Shown: piece by piece, positions 27,982 through 37,977 of the stretch
Layout of the letters: the number at the start of each line of letters is the position of its first letter
Position numbering within the stretch: the first letter of the stretch is position 1
The notes under the pieces: generated by a model
Told to the model about the DNA's origin: nothing
Databases searched by the model: none
What the model saw: only the letters and a program-made list of their open reading frames with translations
Translations under genes and position numbers: made by a program
NCBI GenBank assembly: GCA_963722185.1
Contig: CAVRKD010000004.1
Location: 386,918 to 450,917, forward strand
Reading direction: 5' to 3'
Origin: an uncultured Actinomycetes bacterium
GTDB taxonomy: Bacteria > Actinomycetota > Acidimicrobiia > Acidimicrobiales > JACCXE01
DNA length: 64,000 nt

Positions 27982-28727
27982 GCGTCGCCCTCGTCACCGG
28001 AGCGGGTCAAGGCGTCGGGCGCGGCTGCGCGCTGGCGCTTGCCGACGCCGGTCACGCGGTGGTCGTCGCGTCGCGGCGGGCCGACAACGGCGAACCCGTC
28101 GCCGAAGAGATCCGGGCGCGCGGGGGACGGGCGATCTGCGTGCCCACCGACGTGCTGCAGCGCGAGCCGATCTTCGCGGCGGTCGAGCGCGCCGTCGACG
28201 AGTTCGGCGGACTCGACGTGATGGTGCACAACGCGTTCACCGGCACCGGGCGTCCGTACCGCATCGAAGACTCGACAGACGAAGAATGGAAGCGTTCGTC
28301 GCGCTCGGCGGTGTGGGCGTCGATCTGGTGCGCGCAGGCGGCGTCACCGCACCTGGCCGCCAGTTCGTGCGGTCGGTTGATCCTGGTCAGCTCGGCGGCC
28401 GGCATCGAAGGCAGCGCGTCGTTGCCGCTGTACGCCGCGGTGAAGGCCGCGCAGCGCGGGCTGGCGAAAAGCCTCGCTCGCGAGTGGGGCGACCGCGGCG
28501 TGACCGTCAACTGCATCGCCCCGATCGCGCTGACGGGCGCCCTCGAGTCGGCGTTCGAGAAGAACCCGGAGTTGCGGCCGCGGTTGGAGGAGCGGCTGCC
28601 ACTCGGCCGCATGGGCGACCCGGAGCACGACATCGGGCCGGTGGTCGCCTTCCTCGCGTCTGAGGCCGCCGGCTACGTCACCGGTCAGACCATCCTCTGC
28701 GACGGCGGCAGCTTCACCGGCCTCTAG
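27978..28727 (+). CDS. short-chain dehydrogenase/reductase (full length)
   Basis: VALVTGAGQGVGRG, NAFTG, SLPLYAAVKAA (YxxxK), TILCDGG. Confidence 0.8.
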   Translation: MSVALVTGAGQGVGRGCALALADAGHAVVVASRRADNGEPVAEEIRARGGRAICVPTDVLQREPIFAAVERAVDEFGGLDVMVHNAFTGTGRPYRIEDSTDEEWKRSSRSAVWASIWCAQAASPHLAASSCGRLILVSSAAGIEGSASLPLYAAVKAAQRGLAKSLAREWGDRGVTVNCIAPIALTGALESAFEKNPELRPRLEERLPLGRMGDPEHDIGPVVAFLASEAAGYVTGQTILCDGGSFTGL

Positions 28728-29996
<1,269 letters not shown>

Positions 29997-29998
29997 AT

Positions 29999-30051
29999 CA
30001 CTTCTTGCGTCGTTTGCCCGCGAAGACCGCGGGCAAACGACACAAGAAGTG
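29999..30051. repeat. family A intergenic hairpin repeat, copy 2
   Basis: CACTTCTTGCGTCGTTTGCCCGCGAAGACCGCGGGCAAACGACACAAGAAGTG. Begins 3 nt after the thiolase stop, between convergent genes. Confidence 0.85.
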
Positions 30052-30059
30052 GAGAGGGA

Positions 30060-31169
30060 CTACTCGCGGCCGAGTTTGGCGACGCGCTCGCTGGCGTCGA
30101 TGAACTCTTCGACCATCTGGAAGATGACGTCCTTCACGGGACGCACCTCGTTCATCGAACCGACGATCTGGCCGACGGGGATGCCGACGAACTCACGGTT
30201 GTTCGACCGGCCGATGCGGCGCTGCGCTTCGGCCGTCGCCAGGTACTGCAACGGCATCGGGAGGAACCCGGGCGAGTCTTCGGCTTCCCAGGCGTCGGTC
30301 CATCCAGTGCGCAGCTGACGGGCGGGCTTGCCGGTCATGCAGCGCGACCGAACTGTGTCGCGCGACGACGCCGCCAAAAGCTTCTCCACCACCATCGGCT
30401 GCATGTCGGACTCGGCCGTGGTGAGCCACACCGAACCCGTCCACACGCCTTGCGCGCCGAGCGCCATGGCGGCGGCGATCTGGCGGCCGCTGCCGATGCC
30501 GCCGGCGCCGAGCACGGGGACCGGCGCCACGGCGTCGACTACTTCGGGCAGCAGCACCATCGACGCGATCTCGCCCGTGTGTCCGCCGGCCTCATGGCCC
30601 TGGGCGACGATGATGTCGACGCCCTGATTGACCTGTCGCTGCGCCTGCTGCACCGACCCGATCAGCGCGGCGACCTTCACGCCGTGCTCATGCGCCAGGT
30701 CCACGATGTCCTTCGGGGGCGGACCGAGCGCGTTGACCAGCAGCTTGATGGGATGCGCGAGGGCAATGTCGACCTGCGGCCGCGCGCCTTCATGCGTCCA
30801 ACCCAGCAAGCCGTGCACGGGCTCGTCGGCGGGCAGCGGCGGGATGTGGTGCTCGTCGAGGGTCTTGTTGATCCAGTCCTTGTGCTTCTGCGGGATCATG
30901 TCCGCGAGCTGCTCTTCCATGTGCTCGGGATCGAGGTTGCCCGCACCCTCGTACGAAGCCGGCATCACCACGTCGACGCCGTAGGGCTTGCCGCCGATGT
31001 TGTCGTCGATCCAGTTGAGTTCCATCTCCAACTGCTCGTTGGTAAAGGCCAACGCGCCGAGCACGCCGAGGCCGCCGGCCTTGCTGACAGCGGCGACCAC
31101 GTCGCGGCAGTGACTGAACGCGAAGATCGGCAGGTCGATGCCGAACATGTCGCAGAGATCGGTATGCAC
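30060..31169 (-). CDS. nitronate monooxygenase-family (NMO / 2-nitropropane dioxygenase-like) FMN enzyme
   Basis: GTG 31169 preceded by AGGAGAA. LPIFAFSHCRDVVAAVSKAGGLGVLG, IVAQGHEAGGHTG, LGAGGIGSGRQIAAAMALGAQGVWTGS. Confidence 0.8.
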   Translation of the reverse strand: MHTDLCDMFGIDLPIFAFSHCRDVVAAVSKAGGLGVLGALAFTNEQLEMELNWIDDNIGGKPYGVDVVMPASYEGAGNLDPEHMEEQLADMIPQKHKDWINKTLDEHHIPPLPADEPVHGLLGWTHEGARPQVDIALAHPIKLLVNALGPPPKDIVDLAHEHGVKVAALIGSVQQAQRQVNQGVDIIVAQGHEAGGHTGEIASMVLLPEVVDAVAPVPVLGAGGIGSGRQIAAAMALGAQGVWTGSVWLTTAESDMQPMVVEKLLAASSRDTVRSRCMTGKPARQLRTGWTDAWEAEDSPGFLPMPLQYLATAEAQRRIGRSNNREFVGIPVGQIVGSMNEVRPVKDVIFQMVEEFIDASERVAKLGRE

Positions 31170-31180
31170 TTCGGGTTCTC

Positions 31181-32749
31181 CTATTGCTTTGCGGTAGTGG
31201 CGATGTCGAGCGCCCAGCGGTAGTCGGGCTTGCCGCTCGGCGAGCGTTGCATGTGCGGGACGACGTGCAGTTCGCGCGGCACCTTGTAGCGGGCCAGCGA
31301 CAGTCGACAGTGCTCCTGGATCGACTCGAGCTCGGGCGTCGCGCCCTCGCGGGCTTGCACGACAGCGGCTACGCGCTGGCCCCACCGCTCGTCGGGCACG
31401 CCGACGACGACGGCGTCCCACACGTCGGGGTGCGCTTTCACGACGCCTTCAACTTCTTCGGGATAGATCTTCTCGCCGCCGGAGTTGATCGACACCGACC
31501 CGCGGCCGAGCAGCGTGATCGTGCCGTCGGCCTCGACCGTGGCGAAATCGCCGGGGATCGACCAGCGCCGGCCTTCCATCTCCACGAACGTGGCGGCCGT
31601 TTTTTCCGGGTCGTTGTAGTAGCCGATGGGAACGGAGCCGCTGCGGGCGATCTTGCCGACCAGGCCCGAGCCTGGTTCGACGCGTGACCCGTCATCGGCG
31701 AACACCGCGGTGTCTACGTTCGGGTTGATGGTCGGGCCGCCCTTCATGGCCGTCTTGTCCTTCGACACGTAGGTGAACCCGTTGGCCCCACCTTCGGACG
31801 ACCCGACCGAGTCGCTCATGATCAGGTCGGGCATCCGCTTGAAGAATTCGTCCTTCACGCTCGGCGAGAACACCGCGGCGGTGCTGGCGAGCGCGTACAT
31901 CGACGACGTGTCGTAGTTCGCGTTGTCGAGCTCTTCCACCAACGGCCGGCCCATGGCGTCGCCGGTGATCATCACCACGTTGACCTTCTCCTCGGCCACG
32001 AGCCGCCACACCTCGGCGGGATCGAACTCGGGGATGAGGACGAGCTTGTCGCCGACGAAGGCGCCCTGCATCACGCTCCACTGCGTGGCTCCGTGCATCA
32101 GCGGCGCGATCGGCAGCATCGTCTTCGGCCCGTTGCGGACGCCGCGCTCGACCATCCCCGTCGGGCTTTCGACGCGCTCACCCGTGGGTACGTCGAGCCC
32201 GCCGCCGAGCGCGAAGAACACGTCCTCGTGCCGCCACACCACGCCTTTGGGCATGCCGGTGGTGCCGCCCGTGTAGAGGATGTAGTGGTCGTCGGGGGAG
32301 CGCGGTCCGAAGTCGCGGTCGGGGCTCTGCGCCGCGAGGGCGGCCTCATACTCCGGACCGATGACGAGTCGGTGCTTCAAGCCAGGCAGGTGCGGAAGCA
32401 CGCCGTCGACCCGATCGTTGAACTGCGGTTGATGGATGAGGGCGACGAGATCGGCGTTGGTGAACAGGTACTTCAGCTCTTCTTCGACGTAGCGGAAGTT
32501 GATGTTGATCCACACGGCGCGGATCTTGAACACCGCCCACATGATCTCCACCCACTCGACAGAGTTGAGGGCGTAGATGCCGACGTGGTCGCCCGGCTGC
32601 ACGCCGACGCTCTGAAGATGGTGGGCGAGGCGGTTGGCCCGTTCCTCCATCTGACCGTACGTGCGGCGCTTCCCGTCGCACACCACGAAGTCGCGATCGG
32701 TGAAATTGTCCACGGCGTACTCGAAGAGATCGGCCAGGTGGTACTCCAC
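31181..32749 (-). CDS. acyl-CoA synthetase (steroid-acid CoA ligase, FadD19-like)
   Basis: Intact 522 aa; ILYTGGTTGMPKGV, PLMHG, SSEGG, GDFATVEADGTITLLGRGSVSINSGGEKIYPEEVE, YKVPR. Divergent from an ACAD gene across a KstR box. Confidence 0.8.
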   Translation of the reverse strand: MEYHLADLFEYAVDNFTDRDFVVCDGKRRTYGQMEERANRLAHHLQSVGVQPGDHVGIYALNSVEWVEIMWAVFKIRAVWININFRYVEEELKYLFTNADLVALIHQPQFNDRVDGVLPHLPGLKHRLVIGPEYEAALAAQSPDRDFGPRSPDDHYILYTGGTTGMPKGVVWRHEDVFFALGGGLDVPTGERVESPTGMVERGVRNGPKTMLPIAPLMHGATQWSVMQGAFVGDKLVLIPEFDPAEVWRLVAEEKVNVVMITGDAMGRPLVEELDNANYDTSSMYALASTAAVFSPSVKDEFFKRMPDLIMSDSVGSSEGGANGFTYVSKDKTAMKGGPTINPNVDTAVFADDGSRVEPGSGLVGKIARSGSVPIGYYNDPEKTAATFVEMEGRRWSIPGDFATVEADGTITLLGRGSVSINSGGEKIYPEEVEGVVKAHPDVWDAVVVGVPDERWGQRVAAVVQAREGATPELESIQEHCRLSLARYKVPRELHVVPHMQRSPSGKPDYRWALDIATTAKQ

Positions 32750-32757
32750 GGGCCAAG

Positions 32758-32771
32758 TAGAACACGTTTCA
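32758..32771. promoter_or_regulatory. KstR operator-like box TAGAACACGTTTCA
   Basis: Fits TnnAACnnGTTnnA. Lies in the divergent gap between the FadD19-like gene (start 32749, minus) and the ACAD gene (start 32808). Confidence 0.65.
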
Positions 32772-32791
32772 GTTTGGTGGGCAACCGCGGT

Positions 32792-32808
32792 ACTAACGTT
32801 GCGTCAGA
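32792..32808. promoter_or_regulatory. motif 2 site ACTAACGTTGCGTCAGA (reverse strand: TCTGACGCAACGTTAGT)
   Basis: Two arm mismatches. Abuts the ACAD ATG 32808, 21 nt downstream of a KstR box. Confidence 0.4.
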
Positions 32809-33956
32809 TGTTCCGCGACGAAGTCCGTGCCTGGTTGTCGGAACACCTCGTCGGCGACTTCGCGTCGCTCGGCGCCAGCGGCGGCCCGGGACGTGAACAC
32901 GAGGGCTTCGAGATCCGCCGCGCGTGGGAAAAGCTGCTCGGTGAGGCGGGTTGGACGTGCCTCGGCTGGCCCAAGGAGCACGGCGGCCGCGAGGCCACGA
33001 TGGAAGAGCAGGTCATCTTCAACGAGGAGTACGTGCGCGCCGGCGCGCCCGTGCGGGTCGGTCACATCGGCGAGGGACTGCTCGGTCCGACGCTGATCGA
33101 GCTCGGTACCCGCGAGCAGCAGGAGCGTTTCCTGCGGCCGATCCTGCGCGGCGACGAGCTGTGGTGTCAGGGTTACTCCGAGCCCGACGCCGGATCCGAT
33201 CTCGCCAACGTGAAGACGCGGGCCGAGCTTGATGGCGACGAGTGGGTCGTCACTGGGCAGAAGGTGTGGACGTCGCTCGCCACCACCGCCGACTGGTGCT
33301 TCGTGATCGCCCGCACTTCGCCCGGATCGGAGCGGCACGCCGGGTTGTCGTACTTGCTGGTGCCGATGGACCAACCCAGCATCGAGATCCGCCCGATTGT
33401 GCAGATCACCGGCACGTCGGAGTTCAACGAAGTGTTCTTCGACGGCGCCCGCACCGCCGCGGCCAACGTGGTCGGCGACGTGGGCGACGGGTGGCGCGTC
33501 GCTATGGCAACGCTGGGGTTCGAACGCGGAGTGGCCACCCTCGGCCAGCAGGTCGGCTTCGAGCGCGAGTACGACGCCATCGTTTCGTTGGCGCGCTCAC
33601 GTGGTGGCACGCACGATCCCGTCATGCGCCAACGGTTGGCGCGCGCCTTCATTGGCTTGCGGCTCCTGCGGTTCAACGCGCTGCGTACGCTCGGCTCGAT
33701 GGCCGACGGCGAGCCGGGGCCGGAGGCGTCGATATCGAAGTTGGCGTGGGCGACGTGGCACCGGGAACTAGGGGAGTTGGCGATGGACGTGCAGGGCGTG
33801 GCGGCGACGGTGGCCGATGATCTTCCGTATGACTTGTCGACGCTGCAGCGTCTCTTCCTGTTCACCCGCGCCGACACGATCTACGGCGGCTCGAACGAGA
33901 TCCAACGCAACGTGATCGGCGAGCGCGCCCTCGGCCTGCCGCGGGAGCCGAAATGA
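32808..33956 (+). CDS. acyl-CoA dehydrogenase (single, full-length)
   Basis: 382 aa; WCQGYSEPDAGSDLANVKTRAELDGDEWVVTGQKVWTS, IYGGSNEIQRNVIGERALGLP. Confidence 0.85.
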   Translation: MFRDEVRAWLSEHLVGDFASLGASGGPGREHEGFEIRRAWEKLLGEAGWTCLGWPKEHGGREATMEEQVIFNEEYVRAGAPVRVGHIGEGLLGPTLIELGTREQQERFLRPILRGDELWCQGYSEPDAGSDLANVKTRAELDGDEWVVTGQKVWTSLATTADWCFVIARTSPGSERHAGLSYLLVPMDQPSIEIRPIVQITGTSEFNEVFFDGARTAAANVVGDVGDGWRVAMATLGFERGVATLGQQVGFEREYDAIVSLARSRGGTHDPVMRQRLARAFIGLRLLRFNALRTLGSMADGEPGPEASISKLAWATWHRELGELAMDVQGVAATVADDLPYDLSTLQRLFLFTRADTIYGGSNEIQRNVIGERALGLPREPK

Positions 33957-34711
33957 AGTCACACGATCTGTTGCGTGACCGGGTGGTGCTCGTAACCGCC
34001 GCCGCGGGGACCGGCATCGGGTTCGCTACCGCCAAGCGCTGCGCGGAAGAGGGAGCGACCGTCGTCATCAGCGATCGCCACGAACGGCGGTTGGGTGAAG
34101 CGGCGGTGGAACTCACCGCGGTCATGGGCGCGGAACCGCTCGCCGTCCCGTGCGACGTGACCGACGAGTCGCAGGTGCAAGCGATGTTCGACGCGGCGGT
34201 GGCGCGTCACGGCCGTATCGACGTGGTCGTCAACAACGCCGGTCTCGGTGGCACCGCCGAACTGGCGGAGATGACCGACGAGCAGTGGTCGGCCGTTCTC
34301 GACGTCACCTTGAACGGCACCATGCGGTGCACCCGCGCCGCCTTGCGTCACATGATCCCGCGGGGTTCAGGCGCCATTGTCAACAACGCTTCGGTGATCG
34401 GATGGCGGGCGCAAGCCGGTCAGGCGCACTACGCGGCCGCCAAGGCAGGCGTGATGGCGCTCACCCGTTCTGCCGCGATCGAAGCCGCGCCCGCGGGCGT
34501 TCGCGTCAACGCTGTCGCCCCGTCACTCGCCATGCACGAGTTCCTCTCCAAGGTCACCACCGACGAACTGCTCGACGAACTCACCAAGCGCGAAGCGTTC
34601 GGCCGCGCCGCCGAACCGTGGGAAGTGGCCAACGTCATCATCTTCCTGGCCAGCGATTACGCCAGCTACATGACGGGCGAAGTCCTGTCGGTGAGCTCGC
34701 AGCACCCGTAG
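33953..34711 (+). CDS. short-chain dehydrogenase/reductase (FabG-like)
   Basis: ATGA overlap with the upstream gene. VVLVTAAAGTGIGFA, NNAGLGG, AHYAAAKAG. Confidence 0.8.
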   Translation: MKSHDLLRDRVVLVTAAAGTGIGFATAKRCAEEGATVVISDRHERRLGEAAVELTAVMGAEPLAVPCDVTDESQVQAMFDAAVARHGRIDVVVNNAGLGGTAELAEMTDEQWSAVLDVTLNGTMRCTRAALRHMIPRGSGAIVNNASVIGWRAQAGQAHYAAAKAGVMALTRSAAIEAAPAGVRVNAVAPSLAMHEFLSKVTTDELLDELTKREAFGRAAEPWEVANVIIFLASDYASYMTGEVLSVSSQHP

Positions 34712-34777
34712 ACCTGGGCCGGTTTCGTGGGGTGAATACCTCATGTCGGGGCGGCGCCGTATCGGCACGCTGCGTGC

Positions 34778-35260
34778 ATGAACTTCGAAATCACCGAAAC
34801 CACCGTCATCGAAGCGTCGCCGCAGGACGTCTTCGACCTGATCACGGACATCGGACGGCTCCCCGAGTGGAACCGCGAGATCCGTACGATCCACGAGCGC
34901 CCCGCCGCCCTGACCCCCGGAGCGCAGTGGGCCGTCGAGATCCACGCCATGGGCACGCACTGGGCGAGCCGGTCCACGCTGGTCGACTACGACCGCGACG
35001 CCGGCGTGTTCGCCTACCGGTCGCAGTCTGACGACGGAAACCCGTCGGTGGCGTCGTGGGTGTGGCGCGTGTCTCCGCACCCGCGTGGGTCCGAAGTGCG
35101 CGTGGACGCCAGTGTCACGCCGAAGACCTTCTGGCGCCGTCATCTCTTCTCGAAGATCCGCCGCCGTGGCTTGCCCAAAGCCGTGCACGTCTCGGCTGGC
35201 GTGTTGCGTGACCACTTCGCTTCGTCCATTCCCCAAACCACCGAAAGGAAATCGCAATGA
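34778..35260 (+). CDS. SRPBCC (START/Bet v1-like) ligand-binding protein
   Basis: 160 aa; IEASPQDVFDLITDIGRLPEWNREI is the typical polyketide-cyclase/dehydrase-lipid-transport N-terminus. Confidence 0.65.
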   Translation: MNFEITETTVIEASPQDVFDLITDIGRLPEWNREIRTIHERPAALTPGAQWAVEIHAMGTHWASRSTLVDYDRDAGVFAYRSQSDDGNPSVASWVWRVSPHPRGSEVRVDASVTPKTFWRRHLFSKIRRRGLPKAVHVSAGVLRDHFASSIPQTTERKSQ

Positions 35261-35631
35261 CCACCACCAGCCTCACGAAGAAGTCCGTCAACACGCCCGA
35301 CGAGGTGCGTGACATGCCCAACGCCCGCATCGAGTTCGTCACCGTCGGCGACGTCCTGTTCGGCCGCATGATCGCCCAGCCCGGGTGGAAGTGGTCCGAG
35401 TCGGTCAAGCCGATCGCCCAGACCGAGAGCTGTGAGTTCCCGCATCAGCTCTACGTCGTGTCCGGTGCGCTTCACGTGCAGATGGACGACGGTGCCGAAC
35501 TCGACCTGGTCGAAGGCGACGTCGCCGTCATCGCTCCCGGCCACGACGCGTGGGTCGTCGGCGACGAGCCGTGTGTCATGGTCGACTTCGGCGATCAGGA
35601 CGCCGACTACGCCAAGCCGCCGTCGCAGTAA
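35257..35631 (+). CDS. cupin-domain protein
   Basis: 124 aa with ATGA overlap. Two-motif beta-barrel pattern: HQLYVVSGALHVQMDDG...GDVAVIAPGHDAWVVG. Confidence 0.6.
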   Translation: MTTTSLTKKSVNTPDEVRDMPNARIEFVTVGDVLFGRMIAQPGWKWSESVKPIAQTESCEFPHQLYVVSGALHVQMDDGAELDLVEGDVAVIAPGHDAWVVGDEPCVMVDFGDQDADYAKPPSQ

Positions 35632-35632
35632 G

Positions 35633-37198
35633 TCACTCGGGCTCGGCGTCGAGCAATCCGTGTTTGGCCGCGAACAGCGTGGCCATGGCGCGATTGCTCA
35701 CGCCGAGCTTGGTGTAGATGTGCTCCACGTGGTTCCCGGCGGTCTTGCGGCTGATGTCGAGTGCGGCCGCAATCTCTTTGGTTGCGAGACCACGGGCGAG
35801 TAAACGCAACACGTCAAGCTCGCGAGCCGTGAGGCCGCCGAGCGTCGTGGCGCGTCGGCGGGTGCGATGGCCGGCCGACTCCAGCACCGCCTCCACGGCT
35901 TCCCCCGACAGGCGTCCTTCGCGCACTTCCGTTCGCACGAGCGCCGCGGCCTCCGACGGCTTGGCCGCCGGACGATGCGGCCGCGGCTCGATCTTGGCGT
36001 GGTACGCGTCGGCCGCCGCCAGGACGCGGCCCGAGAGCGATAGGGCGTCGCCCTTGAGGCCGCGGGGATAGCCCGAACCGTCGAGGCGTTCGTGATGCTG
36101 GATGGCGATCACGCCGAGCGGCGCCAGCGCCGGCGATGACGCCAGCGTGCGCTCGGTGAGATAGGGATGCATGCGCACCCGCTCGGACTCGGTGAGCGTG
36201 AGTTCGCCCTGCTTGTCCCAGATGCTGTTGGGCACACCGAGGCGGCCGAGGTCGTGCAACAACCCCGCTCGGCGGACGTTGGTCGCGTCGTCCTGCGTGA
36301 GCCCCACCACGCCGGCGGCGGAACCGGCGAGATCGGCGACCCCGCGGGAGTGACCGGCCGTGAACGGCGACTTCACGTCGGCGAAGTCGGCGATGGCTTC
36401 GAGGGCGTTGTCGAACTCGGCGCTGCTGAGTGGATGGAGCAGCGCCGGTTCGGACTGGATCACCGCGTCCCACGTGGACATCGCCTCGATGTCGGCAAAG
36501 ATCGCGTCGGCTTGGCCGCAGAACACCTCGACCATGGCGGGATCGAACTGTGTGCCGCTGCGCTCGCGTGCCACCGTGACCGCGGATTCGACGCCGCCGG
36601 CGCGCTCGAAGAACACCACGACGTCGGCGAGGCTGACCAGACGTGACGTGACCGCGATCTCGTCGCCCTTCGCGCCATCCGGGCCGCGGCCGTCCCAGCG
36701 CTCGAAGCACTGGTCGATACTCTGGCGGATGTTGTCGTCCAAGCCCAACGTTTGCGCGAGGTCGTCGACGGCCCGCGCGTGATTGTCGAGCATCTGCATG
36801 ACGTCCTTCATGCCACCGGTGAAGAGTCCTAAGGCGGCGCGGGCGCGCGTGGTGAACGGGGCGCCGGGATAGACGTGACGGAACGTGAAGGCCATCTCCG
36901 CCGCGCTCGACTGCATGTCGGTCGCGCGGTTGCCGCCTTTGAGCGCCGCCTCGTCACCGAACCACTTCGTCTGTTCGTACACGTCGACGTGGCAGCCGAC
37001 CCACGCCATCAGCCCCGAATAGAAGACGGCGTCGCGGTCGGCGCGATCGAAGCCCAGTTCGTCGCCGAGCCGGGACGCCACGAGGCATTGCCTGAGGCAG
37101 TGCTCCATCGGCTGGCCCATGCCGAGGTCGCTGACGAGCGACAGCGCGGCCAGCAACTCGGCGAGATAGATCTCGGGCACAGCGGAAACGCTACGCAT
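35633..37198 (-). CDS. transcriptional regulator: degenerate HD-GYP-like domain + canonical HD-GYP domain + C-terminal LuxR/GerE HTH
   Basis: Intact 521 aa. First module: LVSDLGMGQP..ERWDGRGPDG (degenerate). Second module: AGLLHDLGRLGVP ... HHERLDGSGYPRGL (HD and HHExxDGxGYP signatures). C-terminus: LTARELDVLRLLARGLATKEIAAALDISRKTAGNHVEHIYTKLGV. Confidence 0.8.
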   Translation of the reverse strand: MRSVSAVPEIYLAELLAALSLVSDLGMGQPMEHCLRQCLVASRLGDELGFDRADRDAVFYSGLMAWVGCHVDVYEQTKWFGDEAALKGGNRATDMQSSAAEMAFTFRHVYPGAPFTTRARAALGLFTGGMKDVMQMLDNHARAVDDLAQTLGLDDNIRQSIDQCFERWDGRGPDGAKGDEIAVTSRLVSLADVVVFFERAGGVESAVTVARERSGTQFDPAMVEVFCGQADAIFADIEAMSTWDAVIQSEPALLHPLSSAEFDNALEAIADFADVKSPFTAGHSRGVADLAGSAAGVVGLTQDDATNVRRAGLLHDLGRLGVPNSIWDKQGELTLTESERVRMHPYLTERTLASSPALAPLGVIAIQHHERLDGSGYPRGLKGDALSLSGRVLAAADAYHAKIEPRPHRPAAKPSEAAALVRTEVREGRLSGEAVEAVLESAGHRTRRRATTLGGLTARELDVLRLLARGLATKEIAAALDISRKTAGNHVEHIYTKLGVSNRAMATLFAAKHGLLDAEPE

Positions 37199-37202
37199 AC
37201 GG

Positions 37203-37947
37203 TCAGGGATCGAGGTACCGCGGGGGTTCGCCGCCGCCGTGGACGACGAGATTGGCGCCGGTGATGTAGTCGGCGAGCGACGAGGCGAGGAACAAGCACG
37301 CGTTGCCGATGTCGACCGGCGTGCCCATACGACCCGCCGGGATGGTGGCGGCGATGGCCGCTTGGTTGGCTTCGTCGCCGTAGAACAGTTCGGGTTGCTC
37401 GGTGGCGATGATGCCGCCGGTCACGACGTTCACCCGCACCTTCGGCGCCCACTCGACCGCCAGCGTTTGGGTCAGCGCGACCAGTCCACCCTTCGCCGCC
37501 GCGTAGGCGGCGGTGCCGGGCGACGGGCGCATTCCGCTGACGCTGCCAATGCTGACGATGCTGCCGCCGCGCTCCTGCATCTGCATGACGTTGTTGGCCG
37601 CCTGCGACACGTACAGCGCCCCCATCAAGTTGAGCGCCACGATCTTCTCGGAGAACCGCGGCGACGCGGTGGCGGCGTCGGCGGCGGGCGAGCCGCCGGC
37701 GTTGTTGACGGCGACGTCGAGGCGACCGTGGCGTTCGACGATCGCTGGCCACCATGGCGTCGACCTGCTCGGGCTCGCGCACGTCGCAGGACACGAAGTC
37801 GACCGACGTGTCCTCCGGCGCGTTGCGCCCGCAGATCACGACGGTGGCACCGGCGCCGGCGAACACATCGACGATCCCGCGGCCGACGCCACGAGCACCG
37901 CCGGTCACGAGCACCACTCGACCGGTCATGTCGATTGCTATCGCCAT
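37203..37947 (-). pseudogene. short-chain dehydrogenase/reductase (ring C/D cluster SDR); one frameshift ~37743
   Basis: N-terminus GRVVLVTGGARGVGRG..CDVREPEQVDAMVA in the frame of 37009..38007, then IVERHGRLDVAVNNAGG..ALNLMGALYV..AAYAAAKGG in ORF 37203..37640. The start is either 37947 or 37929. Confidence 0.75.
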
Positions 37948-37951
37948 AGAA

Positions 37952-37968
37952 TCTGACGTCCTATCAGA
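37952..37968. promoter_or_regulatory. motif 2-like site TCTGACGTCCTATCAGA (weaker right arm)
   Basis: 13/17 identical to the 5857 site. Occupies the 30-48-nt divergent gap between the SDR/HD-GYP-LuxR operon and echA20-ipdABC. Confidence 0.4.
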
Positions 37969-37977
37969 AACGAGATC

